In this document: positions 19,458-29,990 of the stretch, piece by piece
Layout: every line of letters begins with the position of its first letter
Position numbering within the stretch: position 1 is the stretch's first letter
Origin: Spirochaetia bacterium
GTDB taxonomy: Bacteria; Spirochaetota; Spirochaetia; SP-2023
Direction: 5' to 3'
Assembly (NCBI GenBank): GCA_965225855.1
Contig: CBDDCK010000005.1
Coordinates: 1 to 64,000 of the forward strand
DNA length: 64,000 nucleotides
The notes under the pieces: model-generated
Seen by the model: the letters and a program-made list of their open reading frames with translations, nothing else
What the model was told of the DNA's origin: nothing
The model's database searches: none
Program-made: the position numbers and the translations under genes

Positions 19458-21791
19458 ATGTATAAGCACAAACTATTTTTATTGCCATTAGCATTGCTAC
19501 TGGCCTTTATGGCCTTGGCCTGCGCCCCACCCGATGACGATGATCGATCTTCTGGGCCTGCAATCACCAGTGCAAGCTACGACTTTGCTACGGCGCTGTT
19601 AACCGTACAAGGTACTGACTTAAGTCCTACAGAAGCCCAAATCCAAACTATCACGGTAGCTGGCCTAGCCTTAAGTTCCTATACTGCAGATGACCCAGCC
19701 ACTGGGTCAGATAGTAGCGATCTTGCAAAAGGTAAGTACCGTATTAAAAGCGATGGCACAGAGCTTTGGCTGAAACTTACCGAGCAACATAAAGCTGTTC
19801 TTGAGGCCAAGGTGGGTAGCGATGGTCTAAAAAAAGGGTTGCTTACTAGCTCTGGTGCTTGGGCGGGTTTAGATACAGCCAAAGACTTAACCGTTAGGAA
19901 TATACCCGCAGCCGAACAAGTCGATGATCAATCGCGTAAGCAAACTGAAGACGAAGAAGCTGAAGAAGAGTCGCCTAAGCAACCTAAAGACAAACAAGTC
20001 GAACAAGCTGAAGAAGAGTCGCCTAAGCAACCTAAAGACAAACAAGTCGAACAAGCTGAAGAAGAGTCGCGTAAGTTACCCGAAGCCGAACAAACCGAAG
20101 AAGTCGATGATGAATCGCCTAAGCAACCTAAAGACAAACAAGTCGAACAAGCTGAAGAAGAGTCGCGTAAGTTACCCGAAGCCGAACAAACCGAAGAAGT
20201 CGATGATGAATCGCCTAAGCAACCTAAAGCCGAACAAGTCGAACAAGCTGAAGAAGAGTCGCCTAAGCAACCTAAAGCCGAACAAGTCGAACAAGTCGAA
20301 GAGGATTCGCCTGAAGCCGCAATTACCGGTGCAAGCTACAATGTTGGCACGGCGCTGCTAACCGTACAAGGTTCTAACTTAAGTCCTACAGAAGCGCAAA
20401 TCCAAACCATCACGGTAGGAAGCCGAACAAATGGCGTAGCTTTAGATTCCTATACTGCAGATACCACAGCCACTGGGGCAGATAGTCACAGTCTTGCAAA
20501 AGGTAAGTACCGTATTAAAAGCGATGGCACAGCCATTTGGCTTTACCTTACCGATCGACATAAAACTACTCTGAATGGCAAGCCCGGTATGGATAGCAAT
20601 GGTCTAAAAGATGGGTTGCTTACTAGCACTGGTACTTGGGCGGGTTTAGATACAGCCAAAGCCTTGGCCGTTAGTGGAAACCCACCCGCAATTACCAGTG
20701 CAACCTACCATGTTGGCACGGCGCTGTTAACCGTACAAGGTTCTAACTTAAGTCCTACAACTGCGACCCAAGCCCAAATCCAAACCATCACGGTAGATGG
20801 GATAGCTTTAGATTCCTATACTGCAGATGGCACAGCCACTGGGCCAGATAGTCGTAGTCTTGCAAAAGGTAAGTACCGTATTAAGAGCGATGGCACAAAG
20901 ATTTGGCTTTACCTTACCGATCAACATAAAACTACTCTGAATGGCAAGGACGGTATGGATACCAATGGTCTAAAAGATGGGTTGCTTACTAGCACTGGTG
21001 CTTGGGCGGGTTTAGATACAGCCAAAGCCTTAACTGTTAGTGGAAACCCACCCACAATTACCCGTGCAACCTACAATGCTAATACAGGCGTGTTAGTGAT
21101 TACAGGTGTCAATTTACCGACAGCAGTTGCAAGATGGGACTTCACCAAATTGAGGTTTGTCGCAGGTAATGGTGATAAGAGTGCCCCATTATTCCGGCAC
21201 TCCGTATATGGAACTATAAGCTTTGCCAAAGGTTCTGCAGCAAGTTCAACAAGCTTAACGATTCTTTTAAAGGGTAGTGAAAAATGGAAAGCCGAGAAGA
21301 TACTGTTTAAGAATGGTGATAGTGATGATAATGGTGCATACAACCTGGAAGCAGCAGCAGGCTTTGCAGGTGGTAGCGCTGAAGACACAAGCAATAACCC
21401 TATTACCGTTAGTGGCTACATAAGCAAGATCAACTCCGTACTCTACTCTACTATTGAAGGCATATTATTGATTGAGGGTGCCAATTTACCGAGAACAGTT
21501 GCAGAGTGGGACTTTAGCAAATTGACGATTGTATCCGGTGATGGTAATAAGAGATACACATTACCCCAGCACGCAACTGCAGGTGAAAACACAGCCACAG
21601 GTTCTATGGGGGTAAATAGACGCAGATTATTTATTACTTTAAGCGGTAGTGTAAGAGCGGAAGCCGAGAAGATACTGGTTAAGGTTGGTAAAAGTGATAA
21701 TAATGGTGCATACAACCTTGAAGTAGCAGCAGGATTTGTAATGGGTGGTTTAGCATACCCAACCAATGCTATTAAAGTTGTAAATTATTAA
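19458..21791 (+). CDS. Modular surface lipoprotein, paralogue 3 (A-linker-A-A-B-B)
   Basis: RBS, lipobox and repeats as in the other copies. Confidence 0.9.
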   Translation: MYKHKLFLLPLALLLAFMALACAPPDDDDRSSGPAITSASYDFATALLTVQGTDLSPTEAQIQTITVAGLALSSYTADDPATGSDSSDLAKGKYRIKSDGTELWLKLTEQHKAVLEAKVGSDGLKKGLLTSSGAWAGLDTAKDLTVRNIPAAEQVDDQSRKQTEDEEAEEESPKQPKDKQVEQAEEESPKQPKDKQVEQAEEESRKLPEAEQTEEVDDESPKQPKDKQVEQAEEESRKLPEAEQTEEVDDESPKQPKAEQVEQAEEESPKQPKAEQVEQVEEDSPEAAITGASYNVGTALLTVQGSNLSPTEAQIQTITVGSRTNGVALDSYTADTTATGADSHSLAKGKYRIKSDGTAIWLYLTDRHKTTLNGKPGMDSNGLKDGLLTSTGTWAGLDTAKALAVSGNPPAITSATYHVGTALLTVQGSNLSPTTATQAQIQTITVDGIALDSYTADGTATGPDSRSLAKGKYRIKSDGTKIWLYLTDQHKTTLNGKDGMDTNGLKDGLLTSTGAWAGLDTAKALTVSGNPPTITRATYNANTGVLVITGVNLPTAVARWDFTKLRFVAGNGDKSAPLFRHSVYGTISFAKGSAASSTSLTILLKGSEKWKAEKILFKNGDSDDNGAYNLEAAAGFAGGSAEDTSNNPITVSGYISKINSVLYSTIEGILLIEGANLPRTVAEWDFSKLTIVSGDGNKRYTLPQHATAGENTATGSMGVNRRRLFITLSGSVRAEAEKILVKVGKSDNNGAYNLEVAAGFVMGGLAYPTNAIKVVNY

Positions 21792-22151
21792 GTAGGGTTT
21801 GGTTGTTGCTGTAAGCAAGGCTCTTGGTTGGCCTATTGCAGCCTTGGTAAGTTTTTTATCAAGGCTGCAATAAGCCAATTCTAGCCATTCTGGAAAGTAG
21901 AAGAGTCGAGTTATCACGTCCGATGGCACAAAGTTATCACGTCCTGCATCAACATTATATCTGTACTTATCATCATACAAGGATAGTATGTTACAATCTT
22001 TATGATGGTTGTACCTCCATAAAGATTGTATTTTATTTTTGTAGATATATTCTTATCTAAATATTAAGTTAGTTCTATTTACAAAAATGAAACGCCCTTA
22101 CTATCGTCATGTAGGGTCGTATTATTCAACTTTATTCATTTTTGATGAATT

Positions 22152-23252
22152 TTATTTAAGGATAGTATCTTTTAGTTTTGTTTCACTATACTGTTGTAGT
22201 GCTTGGCGCGTTTTGCGTCCATATTTGTTGCCTAATCGTTTACTCAATGCGATGAAATCTTGTAGTGCAGTCAGTTCATTATTCGATTTAGTGATAAGCT
22301 TTTGATAGATATTGTCTAGGAAGTTATCCGGATCTTCGTAAAGAGAGAATAGAGCGAGGTAAGCATTGTTGATTGGGTACTCTGCCATGTACTGGTAGCT
22401 ATTGTTGGCAAATAGCTCTTGGTATTGTGGGGTTTGGAATTGCTGCTGCCAATATGTGATGGTCTGTTCTTTGGCTTGTAGGGCTTGCTCACGCGTTAGG
22501 TTTGGGTTTTCATAGATTTTGCTTAGCTCCTGCTTTAGCTGTAGTATGAGCTTGCGCAATGTTTGCCTATCTTGTTCGGCAGTGGTTGCAGGTCCTTTGG
22601 GGCCTGTGCCTTGCCCTTGGTTGTTGCGATTGTACTGTTGTTGCATATAGAGATCGGCTCCTTTGTCCCCCACTAGATTAGCTAAAGATTCATTTAGGGC
22701 AATGTCGCCTCGCACAAATAAAGTAGCGTGGTAGGATTCATGGATAATTAGGTTTGCCAACCGCGATTCCCTGTACTCGGCCATGTAGGAAAACAGAGGG
22801 TCGCGAATGTAGCCAAGTGAAGAAAAGGCATGTACTGGGCGGACAAAGACGTCATAGCCTTGTTGTTTTAGGCGTTGGGCTTCAGCCTGGGCTTGGCTTG
22901 GGACAAAGTAGCCGCGATAAGGCAGTTTGCCAACAAAGGGGTAGCTCCATAGGTAGTCCTCAAAACCAAGTGCTGGTGCAGCCGAGACCACAGCGGTTAG
23001 ATAGTCTTGGTCTAAACGCACATAGCGACTGTAGTTTTGGGTTGGCCGTAAGCCCAGTGTATTCTCGGCAAAGTCTTTAATTTGAAGTACTCGTTGAAAC
23101 AGTAGCTGTTCCTGCGGGCTAGGTTGTTCTACTCGCTCGAAACTTTTGCCTTGACTGACTAGGCATAGGTACTGGCTAGCAATAGAAATCGAATAGCAAG
23201 AGCTCAGCAATAGTGGTAGTGATGTACCTAGTAAAAGTGGGTAGTTCTTCAC
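22152..23252 (-). CDS. Putative zinc aminopeptidase lipoprotein
   Basis: LSSC lipobox; WSYPFVGKLPYRGYF, AFSSLG..RDPL, IIHESYH (HExxH). Confidence 0.8.
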   Translation of the reverse strand: MKNYPLLLGTSLPLLLSSCYSISIASQYLCLVSQGKSFERVEQPSPQEQLLFQRVLQIKDFAENTLGLRPTQNYSRYVRLDQDYLTAVVSAAPALGFEDYLWSYPFVGKLPYRGYFVPSQAQAEAQRLKQQGYDVFVRPVHAFSSLGYIRDPLFSYMAEYRESRLANLIIHESYHATLFVRGDIALNESLANLVGDKGADLYMQQQYNRNNQGQGTGPKGPATTAEQDRQTLRKLILQLKQELSKIYENPNLTREQALQAKEQTITYWQQQFQTPQYQELFANNSYQYMAEYPINNAYLALFSLYEDPDNFLDNIYQKLITKSNNELTALQDFIALSKRLGNKYGRKTRQALQQYSETKLKDTILK

Positions 23253-23275
23253 GGCTTGGCTCCATCGTTGGTTGG

Positions 23276-24370
23276 TTATTGAACTGGGGCAGCGGGGCGG
23301 CTTAGTTTAATTAAACGGTAGCTTTGGTCTAGGAACTTGGGGGGAACTACTAAGCCATAGGGTAGGCCACTTCGATCTTGCAGCCGTTGCCGTTCGATCT
23401 GCCAGTAATGTTTGTTTTCTGGAGGGCTCTGTTCTAAGCGGTGCAGTACGATAGTCCAAATTTGTGGCGGGGCCATTATGCGGAATTGCATACGGGAGGC
23501 ACCAAGCCCGTTGCTAACTAGTGTGGGAAAGTGCCTCCCTTGGTAGGGTTGGCGCAGATACTTGTGTTGGGCCGGTACGCTAAAGGCAAGGCCAAACAAT
23601 GTAACTTGGCCTCCATGTAAGTGGCCAGCTAAGGCTAAATCTACCAAATGGGGCTGGGTTAATAGATCAAAGCTGTCGGGATTGTGGCTTAGAGCTAGGA
23701 CAAAGTCATGGGCTTGTAGGCCTTGGAATAATAGTTGTTGCTGGGGCCTTTTGCCAAACATAAAGTCGTCAATACCGACTATATAGAGGACTTGGTTGCT
23801 ATCTGTGCTACCCGTGCTATTATCGGAGGGCATAGGATAGGGGTTTATTTGTAGTACTTGGTTGTTGAGAACCACTGCTTTAGCATTGGGCTTGGCCCTA
23901 CGGAATGCAAGGCTGGCGGGATTGGCCTTGCCCCGTGGTAGTAGAAAGTGGTCGTGGTTACCTAAGACGGCAACAATACCATCGCGAGTTTGAGGTAGTT
24001 TGGCCAAATAGGGGCTTAGGTCAAAATCTTGGCGTACGACTTGGCGATAGCTGACATAGTCGCCGGCTAATAGTAGTACTTGGCTTTGTTGTCTTTCTAG
24101 TAGCTGGCTAATCTCTTGGAGACGCTCTAAGTCAAAACGGCTTTGGCGGGCTTGGGCTTGGGCATTGCCATATGGAGCCCACACATGTAGGTCGCTAATC
24201 AAAGATAGGCGGTATTGATCGAAAGCGGTGGGCACGTCTTGGCTGTAAAAATGGTAATGCTGGATCTGGTATCGGCGCAGGCTAGAAAGGCAACTGACCA
24301 GCAGTAGGGATACACCAAGGCTTAGTAGCAAAGTACAACCAGTGCGGACGCCGGGGAAATATAGAGCCAT
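23276..24370 (-). CDS. Calcineurin-like metallophosphoesterase
   Basis: SDLH, GDYV, GNHD, HNPD, GHLHGGQ. Confidence 0.9.
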   Translation of the reverse strand: MALYFPGVRTGCTLLLSLGVSLLLVSCLSSLRRYQIQHYHFYSQDVPTAFDQYRLSLISDLHVWAPYGNAQAQARQSRFDLERLQEISQLLERQQSQVLLLAGDYVSYRQVVRQDFDLSPYLAKLPQTRDGIVAVLGNHDHFLLPRGKANPASLAFRRAKPNAKAVVLNNQVLQINPYPMPSDNSTGSTDSNQVLYIVGIDDFMFGKRPQQQLLFQGLQAHDFVLALSHNPDSFDLLTQPHLVDLALAGHLHGGQVTLFGLAFSVPAQHKYLRQPYQGRHFPTLVSNGLGASRMQFRIMAPPQIWTIVLHRLEQSPPENKHYWQIERQRLQDRSGLPYGLVVPPKFLDQSYRLIKLSRPAAPVQ

Positions 24371-24724
24371 GGGATATTATCGGCTTGTTCCTTATATAAG
24401 AAAACCCTAAACTGCTCTTTTTATAGTTAAAGATAGGCTCATTGATTAAAAGCTTCTTAGTTGATCAAAATACTTACTTAAATGATTATCAAACCAAGTA
24501 AGCACAACGGCACAACACCAATAAACTACCCGGCTCAGCAATATAGACTATATATTCATGATCATCTCAACTCAACCACCAACCGACTCTCTTTACAGCT
24601 TACAAGGTTTTCTCGTCACGGGCTTGGAGTTCTTATCTAGCCGAATTTATAGATACCTTAGTGATATGTCCTACCTATTCTAGTATAGCGACTGTAATGG
24701 CGATGGTAAATACGCACGCATAAA

Positions 24725-24960
24725 CAAAGTAAAGAGCTTAGCCGAAACTTTTACTAAAAAAGTCAACGCAATGGTTTGGTTGTACCAAGCCCAAAACAAA
24801 AGGCAAATAAGGTAGTCGATTGTAAAAGCTAAAATCCCATAACGGGAATTATTACACTACCAAGCGGGTAGTACCAACAAACCAATCTGGTAGCAACCCA
24901 CTACCAAGATGGTAGTGGAATATTAGCCATAGTTGCCTAACAAAAAGGCAAGCAAAGCTT
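24725..24960. repeat. Palindromic intergenic repeat R1 (other copies at ~52720-52900, 53452-53686, 54550-54745)
   Basis: Shared ...gtcaacgcaatggtttggttgtaccaagccc...ataacgggaattatt.cactaccaagcgggtagtacc...; internal hairpin ccactacca-aga-tggtagtgg. Confidence 0.85.
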
Positions 24961-25053
24961 GGCCTAAAGCCCAAAACTTTCTTGCCTACTTAGCCTATGT
25001 TCTAAAAGCGAACAATAGGCCAACCAAGCATTGTTTACAGCAACAACCAAACC

Positions 25054-27381
25054 CTACCTTAAAACATTAATACCAGTGGTTGGGTCTTCTGGACTACCCG
25101 TTACAAATTCTGCTGCTGCTTTAAGGTTGTATGCACCATTATTATCACTTTTACCCCTCTTAACCAGTATCTTATTGACTTCCGCTTTTACACTACCGCT
25201 TAAAGTAATATCTAAGCTTGTTGCACTTGCATTAGAACCTGTGGCTGTGTTTTCACCTATTGCGTGCTCGGGTAATGTGTATTTCTTCTTACCATCACCG
25301 GATACAAGCGTCAATTTGCTAAAGTCCCAGTCTGCAACTGCTGTCGGTAACCTAACACCTGTAATCAATAAAAAGCCTCTCCTAGCATAGTAGATTGCAC
25401 TGGTGATGCTGGCTGTATGCCCGCTAACGGTAATCGGATTGCTTGTGTCTTCAGCGCTACCACCTGCAAAGCCTGCTGCTGCTTCCAGGTTGTATGCACC
25501 ATTATTATCACTATCACCATCGTTAACCAGTATCTTCTCGGCTTCCGCTTTTACACTACCGCTTAAAGTAATCGTTAAGTAGGTTGTACCTGCACGAGAA
25601 CCTGTGGCTGTGTTTTCACCTATTGCGTGCTCGGGTAATGGGTATCTCTTACTACCATCACCGGATACAAGTGTCAATTTGCTAAAGTCCCAGTCTGCAA
25701 CTGCTCTCGGTAAATTATCACCAATAATATATAACTCGCCTGTATTAGCATCGTAGGTTGCTTCGGTGATGCTGGTTGTATACCCCCTAACGGTAATAGG
25801 ATTGGTTGTGTCTTCTGCGCTACCACCTGCAAATCCTGCTGCTGCTTCCAGGTTGTATGCACCAGCATCATCACGAACACCATCGTTAACGAATATCTTA
25901 TCGGCTTTGGCTTTTACACTACCGATTAAAGTAATCGTTAAGCCTGTTGCACTTGCACCAGAACCTTCGGCTCTGTTTTGTTTACCTTCTGAGTGCTTAG
26001 GTAATGTGAATCTCTTACTACCATCACCGGATACAAGCGTCAATTTGGTGAAGTCCCAGCCCCACACTGATGTCGGTAAATTGACACCTGTAATCACTAA
26101 CTGGCTTGTAACAGAACTGTAGGTTGCACGGGTAATTGTGGGTGCGGGGTTTCCACTAACGGCCAAGCCTTTGGCTGTATCTAAACCCGCCCAAGCACCA
26201 GTGCTAGTAAGCAACCCATCTTTTCTACCATTGCTATCCATACCGGTCTTGCCATTCAGAGTAGCTTTATGTTGATCGGTAAGGTAAAACCAAAGCACTG
26301 TGCCATCGCTTTTAATGCGGTACTTACCTTTTGCAAGACTGCGACTATCTGGCCCAGTGGCTGTGCCATCTGCAGTATAGGAATCTAAAGCTATGCCATC
26401 TACCGTGATAGTTTGGATTTGCGCTTGGGTCGCACTAGCTAAGTGAGTACCTTGTACGGTTAACAGCGCCGTGCCAACATTGTAGCTTGCACCGGTAATT
26501 GCGGCTTTAGGCGACTCTTCTTCAGCTTGTTCGACTTGTTCGTCTTCTTCAGCTTGTTCGGCTTGCTTAGGCGACTGCTGTTCGTCTTGTTCGACTTGTT
26601 CGTCTTCTTCAGCTTGTTCGGCTTGCTTAGGCGACTGCTGTTCGTCTTGTTCGACTTGTTCGTCTTCTTCAGCTTGTTCGGCTTGCTTAGGCGACTGCTG
26701 TTCGTCTTGTTCGACTTGTTCGTCTTTAGGTTGCTTAGGCGACTGCTGTTCGTCTTGTTCGACTTGTTCGTCTTTAGGTTGCTTAGGCGACTGCTGTTCG
26801 TCTTGTTCGACTTGTTCGTCTTTAGGTTGCTTAGGCGACTGCTGTTCGTCTTGTTCGACTTGTTCGTCTTTAGGTTGCTTAGGCGACTGATCTTCGGCTT
26901 TAGGTTGCTTAGATGGCTTATCGGTTATATTGCTAACGGTTAAGTCTTTGGCTGTATCTAAACCCGCCCAAGCACCAGTTCCAACGCTAAGCAACCCTTT
27001 TTTTAGACCATTGCTATCCATACCGGGCTTGCCATTCAGAGTAGCTTTATCGGCATCGGTAAGTCTAAGCCAAAGCGCTGTACCATCGTTTGCAATACGG
27101 TACTTACCTTTTGCAAGACTGTGACTATCTGGCCCAGTGGCTGGGTCATCTGCAGTATAGGAACTTAAGGCTAGGCCAGCTACCCTGATGGTTTGGATTT
27201 GCGCTTCTGTAGGACTTAAGTGATTACCTTGTACGGTTAACAGAGCCATGCCAACATCGTAGATGGCGTTATTGATAGTCGGCCCAGAAGACGGCGCATC
27301 GTCATCGGGTGGGGCGCAGGCCAAGGCCATAAAGGCCAGTAGCCAGGCTACAGGCAATAAAAGTGGTTTGAGCTTATACAT
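25054..27381 (-). CDS. Modular surface lipoprotein, paralogue 4 (A-linker-A-B-B-B)
   Basis: RBS, lipobox and repeats; linker of 48-bp and 60-bp tandem units (~26510-26890). Confidence 0.9.
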   Translation of the reverse strand: MYKLKPLLLPVAWLLAFMALACAPPDDDAPSSGPTINNAIYDVGMALLTVQGNHLSPTEAQIQTIRVAGLALSSYTADDPATGPDSHSLAKGKYRIANDGTALWLRLTDADKATLNGKPGMDSNGLKKGLLSVGTGAWAGLDTAKDLTVSNITDKPSKQPKAEDQSPKQPKDEQVEQDEQQSPKQPKDEQVEQDEQQSPKQPKDEQVEQDEQQSPKQPKDEQVEQDEQQSPKQAEQAEEDEQVEQDEQQSPKQAEQAEEDEQVEQDEQQSPKQAEQAEEDEQVEQAEEESPKAAITGASYNVGTALLTVQGTHLASATQAQIQTITVDGIALDSYTADGTATGPDSRSLAKGKYRIKSDGTVLWFYLTDQHKATLNGKTGMDSNGRKDGLLTSTGAWAGLDTAKGLAVSGNPAPTITRATYSSVTSQLVITGVNLPTSVWGWDFTKLTLVSGDGSKRFTLPKHSEGKQNRAEGSGASATGLTITLIGSVKAKADKIFVNDGVRDDAGAYNLEAAAGFAGGSAEDTTNPITVRGYTTSITEATYDANTGELYIIGDNLPRAVADWDFSKLTLVSGDGSKRYPLPEHAIGENTATGSRAGTTYLTITLSGSVKAEAEKILVNDGDSDNNGAYNLEAAAGFAGGSAEDTSNPITVSGHTASITSAIYYARRGFLLITGVRLPTAVADWDFSKLTLVSGDGKKKYTLPEHAIGENTATGSNASATSLDITLSGSVKAEVNKILVKRGKSDNNGAYNLKAAAEFVTGSPEDPTTGINVLR

Positions 27382-27839
27382 AAGCAATACCTCCAACAAG
27401 GGATAAAGATTGGCCAACCCATACGGGCTAGTCTGTAAATCCCCATTTTGCTAGGGGGGGTGTTGCGTCAAGGCCCATATAAGCTTTTTGTAAGTTTTTG
27501 TAAGTTTTTGTAAGTTTTTTTATGTTTAGTGTTGTTTTGTGTTGTTTTGTGTTGTTTTGTGTTGGCACTTTTTTTGTGTCTTAGTGTTGTTTAGTGTTGT
27601 AAGGTGGTTAAAAATCCATGCCAATCCATTTGCATTCCATATTAGTTGAATCTATAAACCATCAAAGCAACCAATCCATAGTTATAGACGAGGCAAGTCG
27701 ATAACTATGGACCGACCTAGTCCATAATTGTTACTTTTCAAAAGTACATATTTATGGCATGGTTTGGTTTTTATTGTGAAGGTTTGGGGGGTGGTGTGTT
27801 GGTTGGGGCTTCTATTTACTACTTTGTTGGTTGGGTAGC

Positions 27840-29723
27840 TTAGATAATGGCGGTAGGACTTTGTCCGTTAAAAGCTTTTTGCTTTGGTATTTTGTCCATT
27901 CGGGGCCGTAGTTTCTGCCAAAAATAGCTAATTTCATAGCGGTACAGCAGTGCCATTAACATTGCACTAACTAGCCCATATAAGGATAGGCTACCAATTC
28001 GTAGGCTCTGATCTGCGTTGTAGAATTGCCATGGCTGGGCACGGGCAAAAAACTCCATTGGGCTTAAAGAAGCGTGGTAGAGTTGTCGATAGCCGGCTTG
28101 TAGCAGGGCTAGCCATGCTTCATGCTCTTGCAGTAGGTAGGCCATCAGCCAAAATAACAGCGATAGCCACATATACAGTGTAATAATTGGCGTTTCAACC
28201 AAGGAGGCCAGCAGGCCAATCCACTGAATTTGGCCAAAGTTGGCTATCAGAATGGGGGCGCTGCACAGTAAAACGGCAAGCGTTATGGCCATGCCTTGCA
28301 ACATGAATTGCATAAATCTTGATAATAGGCCTGGGACTGCGGCTTGGGATAAGCAGCATTGCAGTTTGTGATTGAGTAATAGAGCACAGGTATTGCCCCG
28401 CCCGGCAAATAAAATTAAACCGAGCAACGCAGCATAAGAGAGCTGGAATGAAAGCGTCTGCGCTGCAGTGGGGAACACTTGGGTTTGCCATATAGCACTC
28501 AAGGCCCAAATACTAAAGCCATCGCCACGCCGTAAAAAGAATTTAGAACCACTAAGTAAAATAAACATAAATACTGCTCTAGTTAATGATGGCAGGGGCC
28601 CCACGAGCCAAAGGTAGCTTAACAGTATCAGTGAACTAGCTAATAGCGAGCGCCTTAATCCTAGCAATGGACGCAGCAAAAAACTGGCAATACCAGCTAA
28701 AATCCCCACATGAAAGCCCGAAAGGGCTAATATATGGGAAGCTCCTGAAAGGCGGAAGTTTTCTTTTACTTGTTCTGGCAAATCTTGCGATATTCCAAAC
28801 AGCAATGCTAAGAATAAATCCCGCCCCGCTGCTGGGAATAGCTGGTTTAGGCTGGTAAAGAAATTACTGCGGATTGTGCTGCGCTTTTGCCATAGCTCTT
28901 GCCAAGTTGGCTCACCATCGCCCGCAAACCATTTTGCCGTAAGCTTGCCTAAAAATGTCTGCCTATGGGAATAGCTTGCTTGCTTTATACTATAAGCCAT
29001 GGCCTTTGGTATTGTAAAATTCTGCTTTACTGGGGCTATATCTATTGCAGATGTTGAGAAATCTTTGCTTGTAAATAGCTGGATTGCATTCCGCCCCGCG
29101 CGACTGAATAAAATAGCAGGCTTACCTTCATTCTTTATTTCTACAATAGGGGCTTTTATGGCAACCATTTGCCCCAAAGCTGGCAAAGGGTTTGGAATAG
29201 AGGCTTGGACAAAAACCCGTCCGCGGGCTGAACTTAGTAGTTGCTTGCCATCGCTTGTGGCAAACAATTGGATTGCAAAGCGAAAATTCCCGTGCTGGTT
29301 TGGGACGGCATCACGCAATATTTGGCCAAAGTAAGTGTGGATTTGCTGTGCTTCCATGCCTAAGCTACTATGATTTTGCAATTGTTCGGCCCGCTGGCGC
29401 AGCCCTTGGCCCATAAGTAATCCCAGCAGTATGCAGATGCTATAGCCCATGTATTTGGATATAGGTACTATTTCTATCGCCTTGAGCCAATGGCTATTGC
29501 CGTTGGGCTTGCAGCAGCGATTCCAAAAGGTATGAAAAGAGCCTAGCCAATAAAATAGAAATAAGAATAAAAGCCCTAGTAATGAACAAGCGGCAATTAC
29601 GGTAACGGGTTGCGGTATATAATAAGCAGCTAGATAAGCGCAAATAAAGCAGGCCAAAATTCCTTTTGGTTTTAACTTTAGTTTGGGTTTGAGTTTGGGC
29701 GTTGTGGAACAGAGTGTTTGCAT
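27840..29723 (-). CDS. comEC: ComEC/Rec2 competence membrane protein
   Basis: SHILALSGFHVG, SLTRA and FQLSY motifs; multiple TM helices. Confidence 0.85.
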   Translation of the reverse strand: MQTLCSTTPKLKPKLKLKPKGILACFICAYLAAYYIPQPVTVIAACSLLGLLFLFLFYWLGSFHTFWNRCCKPNGNSHWLKAIEIVPISKYMGYSICILLGLLMGQGLRQRAEQLQNHSSLGMEAQQIHTYFGQILRDAVPNQHGNFRFAIQLFATSDGKQLLSSARGRVFVQASIPNPLPALGQMVAIKAPIVEIKNEGKPAILFSRAGRNAIQLFTSKDFSTSAIDIAPVKQNFTIPKAMAYSIKQASYSHRQTFLGKLTAKWFAGDGEPTWQELWQKRSTIRSNFFTSLNQLFPAAGRDLFLALLFGISQDLPEQVKENFRLSGASHILALSGFHVGILAGIASFLLRPLLGLRRSLLASSLILLSYLWLVGPLPSLTRAVFMFILLSGSKFFLRRGDGFSIWALSAIWQTQVFPTAAQTLSFQLSYAALLGLILFAGRGNTCALLLNHKLQCCLSQAAVPGLLSRFMQFMLQGMAITLAVLLCSAPILIANFGQIQWIGLLASLVETPIITLYMWLSLLFWLMAYLLQEHEAWLALLQAGYRQLYHASLSPMEFFARAQPWQFYNADQSLRIGSLSLYGLVSAMLMALLYRYEISYFWQKLRPRMDKIPKQKAFNGQSPTAII

Positions 29724-29990
29724 ACTTTAGAACAGGACTCAATCTTTAAAATAATTAAATAAAGCATAACAAAGGAGAATAAAAATTAGGCAGTTCCTTT
29801 GAGTTATATTCTCGGCACTTGTGAAAAAACAACATTTTACGTTCCACTATTCCAGTTATCTAAGTAAGCTGGTTGGGTTTTGCAACGAGGTTTATTATCT
29901 GGGTAAGGGCATCTAATTCATGGCAATAAAACAGGTCAAATTATGTTACAAATTAATAGTTATAGTCTAGGACAGAGAACAGGATTGGTG

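Larger units (their letters stand above)
18413..21951 (+). mobile_element. Non-autonomous TG...CA element E3 carrying an hsdS relic and lipoprotein copy 3
   Basis: 45-bp imperfect TIRs (18413-18457 and 21907-21951), each with two GGACRTGATAACT-like sites 23 bp apart; flanks CCATAA and ACATTA. Confidence 0.8.
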
